This document shows, one piece after another, positions 9,434 to 17,827 of a DNA stretch of 60,313 nucleotides. A program made the translations under genes and the position numbers. The notes beneath the pieces were generated by a model. The model saw only the letters and a program-made list of their open reading frames with translations. It was not told the origin of the DNA and did no database searches. This DNA comes from an uncultured Ectothiorhodospiraceae bacterium. GTDB taxonomy: Bacteria; Pseudomonadota; Gammaproteobacteria; S012-40. Every line of letters starts with the position of its first letter. The first letter of the stretch is position 1. The stretch is from contig CALZHW010000004.1 in assembly GCA_945787125.1 (NCBI GenBank), forward strand, positions 3,139 through 63,451. Direction: 5' to 3'.

Positions 9434-11413
9434 ATGGGTTGGGAATCCATTCAGCCACTTTTCAACTGGTTGGCAGAGCACACTGTCTTGGCCGCCGTCT
9501 TTATTTTTCTGATTGCATTTGCAGAGTCATTGTTGATTGTTGGCTTGCTGGTTCCGGGTACTATTCTAATGTTTGGTGTTGGAACATTGGTGGGTGCTGG
9601 CGCGCTGCAATTTTGGGATACTATTATCATTGCCTTTTTTGGCGCAGTCTGCGGTGACGCAGTGAGCTTTCTCATTGGCAAGCATTATCATCATCATGTT
9701 GTGAAGCTGTGGCCGTTCAAAGATAATCCTGATTATCTTCAAAAGGGTGAAAAATTTTTTCATAAACACGGTGGCAAAAGCATTTTGTTTGGCCGTTTTG
9801 TTGGCCCGGTGCGACCGATAATTCCTGCGGTTGCGGGCATGATGGATATGTCTCAGTCTTATTTCTTTTTTGTCAATGTTTTGTCTGCTGCAGGCTGGGC
9901 GCCATTTTATTTGATACCGGGAATAGTTTTTGGGTCTTCGTTGGAGTTGGCGGCTGAGATAGGCGCACGGCTGGTAATATTATTATTGCTGTCTATTGTC
10001 ATTGTTTTGGTAATTTCGTGGATATTTAAAAAAATGTACTTAGCGATGCTGCCGTGGTTTCAACGGCAATGTATGGCATGGTATCAAAATACTGCAATAT
10101 CTCGATCGTTATTGGATCTACTGCTCGATGAAAACGCTGTCATCAAACGCGGTGCTTTTTTGCTTTCAAGTTCTTGTATTTTACTGTTCATTTTTTCTCT
10201 AGCGAGTATTGTCAATCTGAGAATAGCGGGTGAAGGCATGGTAGATTTGGTGATTGCGCGAACCTATATGCTGGTTCAGTCTTTCCCTATTAGTGAATTT
10301 TATGCATTTTTACTACTGAGTATTGGCTGGTCAAGTTTAGTATTTCTACTATTGAACTTTACTTTATTGTCACTGTATTTCAAGCAGCGCCTTTTGACGT
10401 TACGTTTTATCGCTATAATTCTTATATCAAGTGGCGCCTTATTTTTAATTAGTGTGCTGAAGGTTATCGTTGGAATAGAAACGCTGATTTTTTCTCATGA
10501 ATTGAGCAGCCAAATAAAAGTATCGGTTATTTGTGTTAGTGTTTTGCTGGTGATCAAACTTGCTGACATATTTTTCATGAATGCAAGAAAGTTATTCATT
10601 ACCGGTGTTGCTTTAGTGAGTGTTGCTATTCTTTTAAACGGCTTCTTGTACTTTCAGGTATTAACTTTTTCTGGGCTGATATTGTCAGTCAGTTTTACAG
10701 CTTTGATTGCTATCATCGTTCTCTGGGGAGTTGAGAGTGAAGTGCAAAAACCTTTCGCCAAAATCCTGGCTACTAGTAGCTTGGTTTTGTTGGGTTTGTT
10801 TTCTACGTTAAGTATTGATGAGCGCGGATTAAAGTCTGACTCAGTCAGCATGATAACTGAGCTGGATCAAGCTGTGTGGTTAGCAGATGCATGGCAAACA
10901 CGAGATGTTAAGCGAATAGGTATTTTAGGTGAGAGTAGAGAAAGATTTGATATTCAATGGCTGGGTTCTGCAGATGAGATAGAAAAAGCCTTGATGGATG
11001 ATAATTGGATCAGAGTCCCAGATTTAGATTTAAGAAGTGTGTTGATGTGGATAAATACGAGTGCCAGCTTGTCTAGTTTAGGCAATTTGCCCTCCAGCCA
11101 CCGTGGAAAAAGTGAAACATTTTCCTTACAAAAATATTATTCTGATTTGCCTGAGTCGCGACTCTTGCTCAAATTTTATAAACAAGACGATGTTACTGTT
11201 AGTGGCAAGTCATTATGGCTGGTGAGTTTAAGTTTACGCTCATTGGCTGAGCCAGATTTGTTGACAGCGAAAACTCATCTTGAACAAAATGATAAGTTAA
11301 TCACTGATTTTTTTATGCAGCAACGTTCAAATTGGCAGGGAAATTTTGTTACTTTTGATGATTTTCGCTTGGGGGGCAGTCGTAAAGTCTTGCTATTTCG
11401 TGCACGTTCTTAA
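9434..11413 (+). CDS. DedA/VTT-domain polytopic membrane protein with C-terminal LssY_C-like soluble domain
   Basis: 659 aa. The N-terminal ~200 aa look like DedA (GRFVGPVRPIIPAVAGM). Many further TM spans follow, then a ~200-aa hydrophilic C-terminus. Confidence 0.6.
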   Translation: MGWESIQPLFNWLAEHTVLAAVFIFLIAFAESLLIVGLLVPGTILMFGVGTLVGAGALQFWDTIIIAFFGAVCGDAVSFLIGKHYHHHVVKLWPFKDNPDYLQKGEKFFHKHGGKSILFGRFVGPVRPIIPAVAGMMDMSQSYFFFVNVLSAAGWAPFYLIPGIVFGSSLELAAEIGARLVILLLLSIVIVLVISWIFKKMYLAMLPWFQRQCMAWYQNTAISRSLLDLLLDENAVIKRGAFLLSSSCILLFIFSLASIVNLRIAGEGMVDLVIARTYMLVQSFPISEFYAFLLLSIGWSSLVFLLLNFTLLSLYFKQRLLTLRFIAIILISSGALFLISVLKVIVGIETLIFSHELSSQIKVSVICVSVLLVIKLADIFFMNARKLFITGVALVSVAILLNGFLYFQVLTFSGLILSVSFTALIAIIVLWGVESEVQKPFAKILATSSLVLLGLFSTLSIDERGLKSDSVSMITELDQAVWLADAWQTRDVKRIGILGESRERFDIQWLGSADEIEKALMDDNWIRVPDLDLRSVLMWINTSASLSSLGNLPSSHRGKSETFSLQKYYSDLPESRLLLKFYKQDDVTVSGKSLWLVSLSLRSLAEPDLLTAKTHLEQNDKLITDFFMQQRSNWQGNFVTFDDFRLGGSRKVLLFRARS

Positions 11414-11414
11414 A

Positions 11415-11652
11415 CCTAGATTCCGCAATTGAACGTTTACAGGTCAATATAGCATTATGAATTTATTAAATATATCAACTGCACCGAAGTTCATTCTTTC
11501 GGTGACTCACTGCAACCTGTATTGCACGCCCTTTTGTACTGCTTTGCTATATGATCCATTTCCCAAAGGGAGCAATCATATGGGAAATGGATCATTACGC
11601 AATTCAGCACAAAATGACGCACACTACAGGCTACTCAACTGCGGATTCTAGG
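11415..11652. mobile_element. MITE-like palindromic repeat, family 1, copy 2 (longer variant)
   Basis: Same termini and core as 5546-5704, plus ~80 extra bp after the left end. The internal hairpin (11551-11595) carries compensatory substitutions relative to copy 1. Fills the whole intergenic space before dgkA. Confidence 0.75.
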
Positions 11653-11665
11653 TTAAAGGAAGCTT

Positions 11666-12019
11666 ATGAAAAATAAATCACTCCGTTTTAGATTGCAGTT
11701 TGCCGTTAACGGAATATGCCTGGCATTCAGCACCGAAAAAAGTCTTCGTTTTCAGGCTGCCGTAGCAATAATCGTAGTGAGCGTGCTGGGCATTGTGCAG
11801 CCCCCTTTAGTTTGGTGGGCTATAATTGTTCTCATGATTGCTTTGGTATTGTTTGCTGAGTTGGTTAATACCGCGCTCGAAGTTATGTGTGATTTTATTC
11901 AGCCAGATTACAGTGAGCAAATCAAGCAGATTAAAGATATCGCCGCTGGTGCAGTATTGATTTTAAGTCTTTGCTCGTTAATTATTGCTGCATTATTTTT
12001 AATGGCGAGTCTAATTTAG
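11666..12019 (+). CDS. dgkA: diacylglycerol kinase
   Basis: 117 aa with three TM spans. AELVNTALEVMCD matches the DgkA E(I/L)xN(S/T)A(I/L)E motif. Also KDIAAGAVL. Confidence 0.85.
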   Translation: MKNKSLRFRLQFAVNGICLAFSTEKSLRFQAAVAIIVVSVLGIVQPPLVWWAIIVLMIALVLFAELVNTALEVMCDFIQPDYSEQIKQIKDIAAGAVLILSLCSLIIAALFLMASLI

Positions 12020-12052
12020 GATAAATAGCCGTAGCGTTTAGGATTTCGCGCT

Positions 12053-12120
12053 CAGGCTTTTTTAAGGCTTAGCTTTTTCAGGCTTAGCTTTTTCAGGCTT
12101 AGCTTTTCCCAGGTTTAGCC
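12053..12120. repeat. 15-bp tandem repeat (AGGCTTAGCTTTTTC, about 3 full plus 2 partial units)
   Basis: Read directly: caggctttttta AGGCTTAGCTTTTTC AGGCTTAGCTTTTTC AGGCTTAGCTTTTCC caggtttagcc. Abuts and overlaps the bactofilin stop codon. Confidence 0.8.
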
Positions 12121-12570
12121 TAGATGCCGTGAATCTTGTGGGAAATCCAGGCTAGGTATTGCTAAAGGCCGATTGTTGCGTCGATCTTCCAGATCAATGG
12201 GTTGTTTATTGTTGTCCATAAAGATTTCGCAATTTAACTTAGCGCTTTTTGCAATTAATATTGAAGGTGCAGTGATTGAGCCGATGATTTGCGCGCTGGG
12301 CTCTATTTGAATTTTCTTGCGTGCAATGATGCTGCCTTCGACAAAACCTTCAACAATGACTGTGTCAGCAACTGCTTTGCCAATCCAGACGCAATCTTTG
12401 CCAATGACTAGCAAGCCTTTGATATCACTTTCACCTTCTACGCGGCACATAACTTCGATGCTGCCATCGCAACGAATTTCACCGGCGATATTGATGTTTT
12501 GTGGTATTTGAATCAAATTATTTCCCCCCGCGCACGAAGTGCTTATTATTTCTTCGTCATATAGTAGCAT
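12115..12570 (-). CDS. bactofilin-family polymer-forming cytoskeletal protein
   Basis: 151 aa. Repetitive beta-helix-type sequence (IAGEIRCDGSIEVMCRVEGESDIKGLLVIGKDCVWIGKAVADTVIVEGFVEGSIIARKKIQIEPSAQIIGSITAPSILI) typical of the bactofilin/DUF583 domain. Confidence 0.75.
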   Translation of the reverse strand: MLLYDEEIISTSCAGGNNLIQIPQNINIAGEIRCDGSIEVMCRVEGESDIKGLLVIGKDCVWIGKAVADTVIVEGFVEGSIIARKKIQIEPSAQIIGSITAPSILIAKSAKLNCEIFMDNNKQPIDLEDRRNNRPLAIPSLDFPQDSRHLG

Positions 12571-12682
12571 AGACGATTTACCAGAAATACTAATTCTTGC
12601 ATGTTAGGTAGGCCTTATTGCTGGCGTAGTATGGTTGAAAAAATGACATTTCTGCGCGATATTGTTTGCTATTGCACGCGAG

Positions 12683-13453
12683 TTAGTGGAAATCAAGGTG
12701 CAGCAATCGGCCTCCAGTCCGGTTTGCTATTGTTTGATATTCCTGGGTAGTTGCAGGGTCGGAGCGCCCTAGAGGTAAAGTAAAAACTGGGCTGGGAATA
12801 GCTGAATAAAGAATTTCATCGTCAGATGGCTCGTCGCCGACTAATATGTAAGCGCCGGGTTTGGGTGCATTGCGAGCCGCTACCCGAAACGCTTTGCCGA
12901 TAGTTTCCAGGTTGCCGCTAAATGGTGCGCCAGATAGCAAACTATCAAAAATCGAACCTAATGTGCCGGTATAGGTTTCTGCTTCAAAATCAGAATACCA
13001 GGTGAGAGCCGATAAGGTTTTGCCAGAGCGCACGACAATCGTTCTGAGCACGGGAACCAGGAAGGATGTTAGGCCATGCATTGAGCCGGAGGCATCAATT
13101 ATTAAATGCAGATCTTTGCCGGGTAGATTTTTTAGTCCTTCGATAAAGACGTCGAAATCTTTCCTACCGAAAGTTGCAGATTCAATGATGCGCTGCATGG
13201 GGCTGGACTCGGCGCTTAATGACATTTCTTCCATGTTTTTTGTTAATCGTTGACTGTCCATTTCAGATGTGGCCAGTTGATTTTCAAGTTCTACGATTTT
13301 TTGCTTAAGTCGAGGGACTTCAAATTCCTGCGCCATTCGAGAGGTAATTAATATGGTGACCATCAAAAATATAAAGGTCGCCAACATTAATAACGTTACA
13401 TCAGAAAAACTTTCGTAGATGTTGCTGTAGCTTGCTTTCTTCTTTCGTGTCAT
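12683..13453 (-). CDS. MotB-like stator TM segment fused to a periplasmic vWA domain
   Basis: 256 aa. N-terminal single TM with a conserved acidic residue (ESFSDVTLLMLATFIFLMV; compare the MotB/ExbD-type YADxMTxLLxFF). A coiled coil follows, then a vWA domain with the MIDAS motif DASGSM (HLIIDASGSMHG). No OmpA/PG-binding motif. The start overlaps the upstream gene stop (ATGA). Confidence 0.6.
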   Translation of the reverse strand: MTRKKKASYSNIYESFSDVTLLMLATFIFLMVTILITSRMAQEFEVPRLKQKIVELENQLATSEMDSQRLTKNMEEMSLSAESSPMQRIIESATFGRKDFDVFIEGLKNLPGKDLHLIIDASGSMHGLTSFLVPVLRTIVVRSGKTLSALTWYSDFEAETYTGTLGSIFDSLLSGAPFSGNLETIGKAFRVAARNAPKPGAYILVGDEPSDDEILYSAIPSPVFTLPLGRSDPATTQEYQTIANRTGGRLLHLDFH

Positions 13454-14457
13454 GATTCGTCAGTTTTCTTGTTCAAGTGATTGCGAAACGATGCCCACCA
13501 GCCGCGGTTGAGATTGTTCATCAACGTTAACTCTTGACGGATTAATACGCGGTAATATTTTTGCATGCGCAGCGTTTCGCGAAGCGTGTATACGCCCTCT
13601 TCGTCGCCTACTGTATTGGTATTCAGCTTTTTAATCGAATCATGAAAATCATTAATCGATTCTTTTGAGTCACGAAATGCGCCGCGTAAGGCTTGTACTT
13701 TTTCCCCTAGTGCGTCAATTTCAACGTTTAAGAAACGAACGTCGCGCTCTATAGTAGGTTTGAAGTCTGATGACAAGTGCACCATGCATATTTTGGTGAT
13801 GTAATCTTGCAGGCCGCCTATGCCATTATCGGTGATCAGGGCGAAAATTCTGAGTAGTACGCCCCCCAGCACAGCGCCAAGCAGTGTGGTGTAAAAGGCG
13901 GTGCCCATGCCGCTCATGGCTTTTCGTAAACCTTCCAATAATAAATCCTGATCTTGCCCGAGCGCATCGAGTGAGGCTGTAAGACCGGTCAACGTCAGCG
14001 TCAAGCCCATTACGGTACCGATCAAGCCCAGAGTGATCAGCAGGTTGCCTAAGACCTCAATGGCATGGCATCGACGAGTGAGTGTTGAATATTCCATGTC
14101 GAGTAATATTTCAATTTGCGGCGATTCGTTACTCATGGCGACGATTTTCAATGATTCGAAAAAACGGTTGACGGTTCTAGGCTTCTTGTTAGTTGCTTCT
14201 AGTCCCATTAGGCCTTGGTCTTTGGCGATTTCTTCTTGGTTTGTGGCTTCGATGTATTCAGAGGTTATTGATATCGTGAGAAGAAAACTACCGAGAACGC
14301 CCACCATAAAGAGAAAGATTATTATCCAAGTGATTTTACTTTCATCGTGGCTTAGGAAATCCAGGATGTCAGTGTCGAGGTACAAGCTGAGATAAATTGT
14401 AGTTGCGGCTGATGCCCATAAAAGCCACATGACAAATGTGCGATAAGCACTATTCAT
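13450..14457 (-). CDS. MotA/TolQ/ExbB-family proton-channel protein with C-terminal coiled-coil tail
   Basis: 335 aa. Two N-terminal TMs and a cytoplasmic loop, then the family core LGNLLITLGLIGTVMGLTLTL ... MGTAFYTTLLGAVLGGVLLRI. The last ~120 aa are a hydrophilic helical tail (VEIDALGEKVQALRGAFRDSKESINDFHDSIKKL...). Confidence 0.65.
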   Translation of the reverse strand: MNSAYRTFVMWLLWASAATTIYLSLYLDTDILDFLSHDESKITWIIIFLFMVGVLGSFLLTISITSEYIEATNQEEIAKDQGLMGLEATNKKPRTVNRFFESLKIVAMSNESPQIEILLDMEYSTLTRRCHAIEVLGNLLITLGLIGTVMGLTLTLTGLTASLDALGQDQDLLLEGLRKAMSGMGTAFYTTLLGAVLGGVLLRIFALITDNGIGGLQDYITKICMVHLSSDFKPTIERDVRFLNVEIDALGEKVQALRGAFRDSKESINDFHDSIKKLNTNTVGDEEGVYTLRETLRMQKYYRVLIRQELTLMNNLNRGWWASFRNHLNKKTDES

Positions 14458-14602
14458 AGGTCTTGTCCCTATTGGTTGATGTAATTAGCGCAATTAGCAA
14501 TTAATTAAATAGCAGGGTTCAAGAATTATTTCGGTGCTTTTTGACCGGCAATAGCGCACAGCATAACTCTCGATGGCGGTTTTTGCTACCAGCGTAAGCC
14601 AA

Positions 14603-14762
14603 CCCGGATAATTCATGAATTACACGATTTCTCGCTTGATCTTTGATTCTACAGAATATTATCTTCAATCGACCGTACTCACGGGTACGGGGTTCAATTA
14701 GATAATTTTCTGTAAAATCTAATCTCTTTGCGATAATCTCGTGAATTCATGAAATATCCCGG
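14603..14762. mobile_element. MITE-like palindromic repeat, family 2, copy A
   Basis: Terminal inverted repeats CCCGGATAATTCATGAATTACACGA ... TCGTGAATTCATGAAATATCCCGG. An inverted-orientation copy lies at 48656-48864. Confidence 0.7.
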
Positions 14763-14873
14763 CTAAGATATCTGCGATCGAAACTTGATGGGCACAATAC
14801 CTTCAATGTGTATTGTTGTGCCCTCCTCCCTTTAACTTTAATAAACTATCTGTTCGTTCGGGATTCGTCAAGT

Positions 14874-16370
14874 TTATTGCATGCTGCGTTCATCGGGAGT
14901 TGCTGTTTCTAGAGGTTTCTCGCTTTCTCGATTGGCTTTTTCGTCTTGAGCCAGTCGTTGCTGAGTGGATAAACCGACATTTGAGTTTCGCACTTTTACA
15001 ATAACTCCAGCTTTAAATAACCCCAGTGTTTCTGTTTCACCCGTTAAATTGGCCAATGAATCCGCTAATGGTTTGTTTTTTGGGTCTCTTGGGTCAAACG
15101 TAAGGTGGGTCAGGCTTTTAAGCGCTTCCGACATTTTCTCCTGGTCGTCCATTGCTGGTGGTAAGGGGAATACATCGCGCTTGGTGGCGAGCATAGTGCG
15201 CGCTGGCCATTGGCTGGCGGCGCGAAAAGGCACGTCGGGGTTAGAGGCTTCCGCAATCATGCTCTGTATTAATTCATCCACTGGATCGAGAATGGCGTGA
15301 CGAATAGTAAGGACATGATTTTTATCTTGCATCATAAAGTGTGTGCTTATTATTAGTACGGCTATCAGTACAAATCCTCTTTGACCAAGTAGCCCGGTTT
15401 TTTGTCGGGATTGGTTGAAGCTGATAAGGTAATGTGTTCCGCGATAAAGCAGTAGCGTAATTGCGACGAGTGCCCAGCTACCATCTGGCATAACGAGGCC
15501 GAGAATTATGCACAGCGCGAGGATGGATCCAAGAAAGTCGGTTTTTAAAAATTTTGTATCAATTGCCATCAGCAGAATCAGAAAAAGGCTAGCGATGATG
15601 CCGGCAGCCCACTGTATATCTTCCGCGCTCCAGATTATTGAACCTTGAAGAGATATGGCTAGCTGTTCAACAGGGTTGCCAAAAAAATTCAGATTTTGCC
15701 AGCCACCAATAAGTAACAGTGAGAGCACGGCTGATATTAAAATTCCGATATACATGTGGCGCGAGGTCTTGAGCTCATGAGGGTTTTTAAACCAGCGCCA
15801 CGCTAGAGCAATGGGGTAAGCGAGTGCAATCGGATGGATTGTCGTCAATATTGCGATCCAGAGCATTTGAGAAAAATACCATCCACCAAAGTAATTTGGG
15901 TTCTTTCGGTAAGCATTATCAAGCCATACCCCTAAGACAAATCCCAGTAGAATGTAGGGGCCAGCGGCCATTGAATCTATCTGGGTGATCATACTTGGGG
16001 AGATTAATAATAACGCCGAAGCAATAATGGCTGTGTCGCCATGGGGGAACTTCTTTGCCCAATGGTACAGCATGGTAACCGCCAAAAAACCTAATACCAA
16101 AAGCAGTAATTTTGCTGCAAGTAAATTGCCGGGCCAGTAAGTGCCGATAGGTATATATAGTAGGGCGCGAAAGTCAGGTACACCAAATATGACTATTGGG
16201 TTGATTATATTGTCTGCGACTGTCCAGGTTAGTAACAAGCCTTTAGCGGCTTGTTCATCCAGCGCGAACGGGCTGAGACGGATAAGGTCGATGAAAATTG
16301 CTGCAGTAATCCAGATGCCAAGAGCAACAAGTCCCCAGTATTTTTCAAGGTATGTTTTTATAGTTTCCAT
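14874..16370 (-). CDS. polytopic membrane protein, possibly GT-C-fold (ArnT/PMT-like) glycosyltransferase
   Basis: 498 aa with about 11 TM spans. An acidic DE pair sits in the first extracytoplasmic loop (SPFALDEQAAKG). C-terminal ~130-aa soluble tail. Confidence 0.4.
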   Translation of the reverse strand: METIKTYLEKYWGLVALGIWITAAIFIDLIRLSPFALDEQAAKGLLLTWTVADNIINPIVIFGVPDFRALLYIPIGTYWPGNLLAAKLLLLVLGFLAVTMLYHWAKKFPHGDTAIIASALLLISPSMITQIDSMAAGPYILLGFVLGVWLDNAYRKNPNYFGGWYFSQMLWIAILTTIHPIALAYPIALAWRWFKNPHELKTSRHMYIGILISAVLSLLLIGGWQNLNFFGNPVEQLAISLQGSIIWSAEDIQWAAGIIASLFLILLMAIDTKFLKTDFLGSILALCIILGLVMPDGSWALVAITLLLYRGTHYLISFNQSRQKTGLLGQRGFVLIAVLIISTHFMMQDKNHVLTIRHAILDPVDELIQSMIAEASNPDVPFRAASQWPARTMLATKRDVFPLPPAMDDQEKMSEALKSLTHLTFDPRDPKNKPLADSLANLTGETETLGLFKAGVIVKVRNSNVGLSTQQRLAQDEKANRESEKPLETATPDERSMQ

Positions 16371-16939
16371 AAAAGTTAGATCGATTATTTTTCTCAGTGG
16401 TTGTTGTAAAAATACACGTGCTTTAGGTAGTGCAATAGATTGTCTATGCTGCGTTCATAAATAGCAAGTCTCCCAAGTTCGATTAGTCAGCCAGGAAAAA
16501 ATAAAGTTGCAGAAAGGCGCTGTAGCCAAGCTCTGGGTTTTTGCGGATTCGTTTTAATTTTTTTCGTTGAAACTGATGACAGCTTGCATTGCAGTAGGTA
16601 TTATTAATGCTCTGTGGGTCAGCTAATTGGAATTTCGGCAAGTTTTGTTGAAATGAAGTTGACAGCTTTTTGGTTTAGTGGTTGAATGCCACGTTAGTTG
16701 GTGTTTTATCACCGGTTAATTTTGGTATTAATAACATATAAGAGGGAGATGGGCCGTGTTAGATACACAATCAATCGCACTAATTTATGTAATTTGGTTT
16801 GTTGGCGCTTTTGTCTTATCGTGGACTATGCTTAAGCTAAATTCTTAATCAGTACAAGTACGAAGGGCTCCTGGTCGATAAGTATCGCTATGGAGTAGGG
16901 TTAATTCTGGGAGGCTATTAATTGGGAGGGCTTCTTGAT

Positions 16940-17698
16940 ATGAGACGTTATGTAAAAGCAATGTCGACAGCAGTAGTTGTAGCTGGCTTAGTTGTGCCAG
17001 CAATTGCGGTGTCGTCACCGATGTATCCGAAAGGCAAGGGCAATATTGCCGCTGGGAAACAAATTTTCGAAAATGGTAAGGGGACTGTCCCCGCCTGTAC
17101 TGCTTGTCATTCAGAAGATGGCATGGGCAATGATGACATGGGTACGCCGCGCATCGCAGGTCAATATGCAGTATTTTTGAGAAAACAACTTGAAGATTTT
17201 GCGACTGACAAGCGTAAAGATAATACCATGGGTGTAATGAATGATAATGCGAAAGGTTTAAGTCCGCAGGATCGTACCGATGTCTCTACCTATCTAGAAT
17301 CGATTGATCCAGGCGCCAAAGGCGAGATGTTTTTCAATGGTTCCAACCTGGAAGAGCTTACCGCAAATGGTGTTGAAGTTGGAGCAACTCATAAAGGCAA
17401 AAGCCTGGTTGAGTGGGGTCAAGGCAATCGCCAAAAACCCGTTGCAGCTTGCAGATCTTGTCATGGCTTTAACGGCCGTGGTGCACCACCGATCTATCCT
17501 CGCATAGGCGGTCAGCGTTACGTTTATTTAGTTAATCAATTGAAAGCATGGAGAGATGGCACTCGCAATAATGATCCAATGGGTCAGATGCAAGCTATCG
17601 CTCGCAATATGTCAGATGAAGACATCAAAAATGCTGCAGCTTACTTAACTAAAGCATCAGACTATACGAAAGGTAATTTTTACACACCTTACGATTAA
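16940..17698 (+). CDS. diheme cytochrome c4
   Basis: Signal peptide, then two class-I heme motifs (CTACH and CRSCH), each with a downstream Met region (DDMGTPRIAGQ / PIYPRIGGQ). ATG at 16940 lies 9 nt after GGGAGGG. The listed ORF starts at an upstream TTG. Confidence 0.85.
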   Translation: MRRYVKAMSTAVVVAGLVVPAIAVSSPMYPKGKGNIAAGKQIFENGKGTVPACTACHSEDGMGNDDMGTPRIAGQYAVFLRKQLEDFATDKRKDNTMGVMNDNAKGLSPQDRTDVSTYLESIDPGAKGEMFFNGSNLEELTANGVEVGATHKGKSLVEWGQGNRQKPVAACRSCHGFNGRGAPPIYPRIGGQRYVYLVNQLKAWRDGTRNNDPMGQMQAIARNMSDEDIKNAAAYLTKASDYTKGNFYTPYD

Positions 17699-17720
17699 TG
17701 CCTGCTGTAAAAGATAAAAA

Positions 17721-17747
17721 AGGCGGGAACTTTCCCGCCTTTTTTTA
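17721..17747 (+). terminator. rho-independent terminator after cytochrome c4
   Basis: AGGCGGGA-actt-TCCCGCCT followed by TTTTTTT. Confidence 0.85.
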
Positions 17748-17827
17748 TTCTAGTTAATATTACTTTAGCGTGCGATCCTCATACGCAGGATTGCGTCTCC
17801 GGTTAACAGAAACAGCGGCAGCATTAT

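Noticed and set aside
11457-11651. Listed ORFs of 63-66 aa at 11457-11651, 34837-35037 and 48713-48904.
   Set aside because: All three fall wholly within MITE-like repeats or tandem duplications, and their open frames follow from the repeat sequence. None has an SD sequence.
12683-14457. Interpreting the MotA/MotB-like pair as a Zorya anti-phage system.
   Set aside because: No ZorC/ZorD/ZorE-type nuclease or helicase effector genes are adjacent. The A-subunit tail (~120 aa) is far shorter than ZorA tails. The B subunit has a vWA domain in place of a peptidoglycan-binding domain. The resemblance is architectural only, so I report the pair as an uncharacterised stator variant and not as a defence system.
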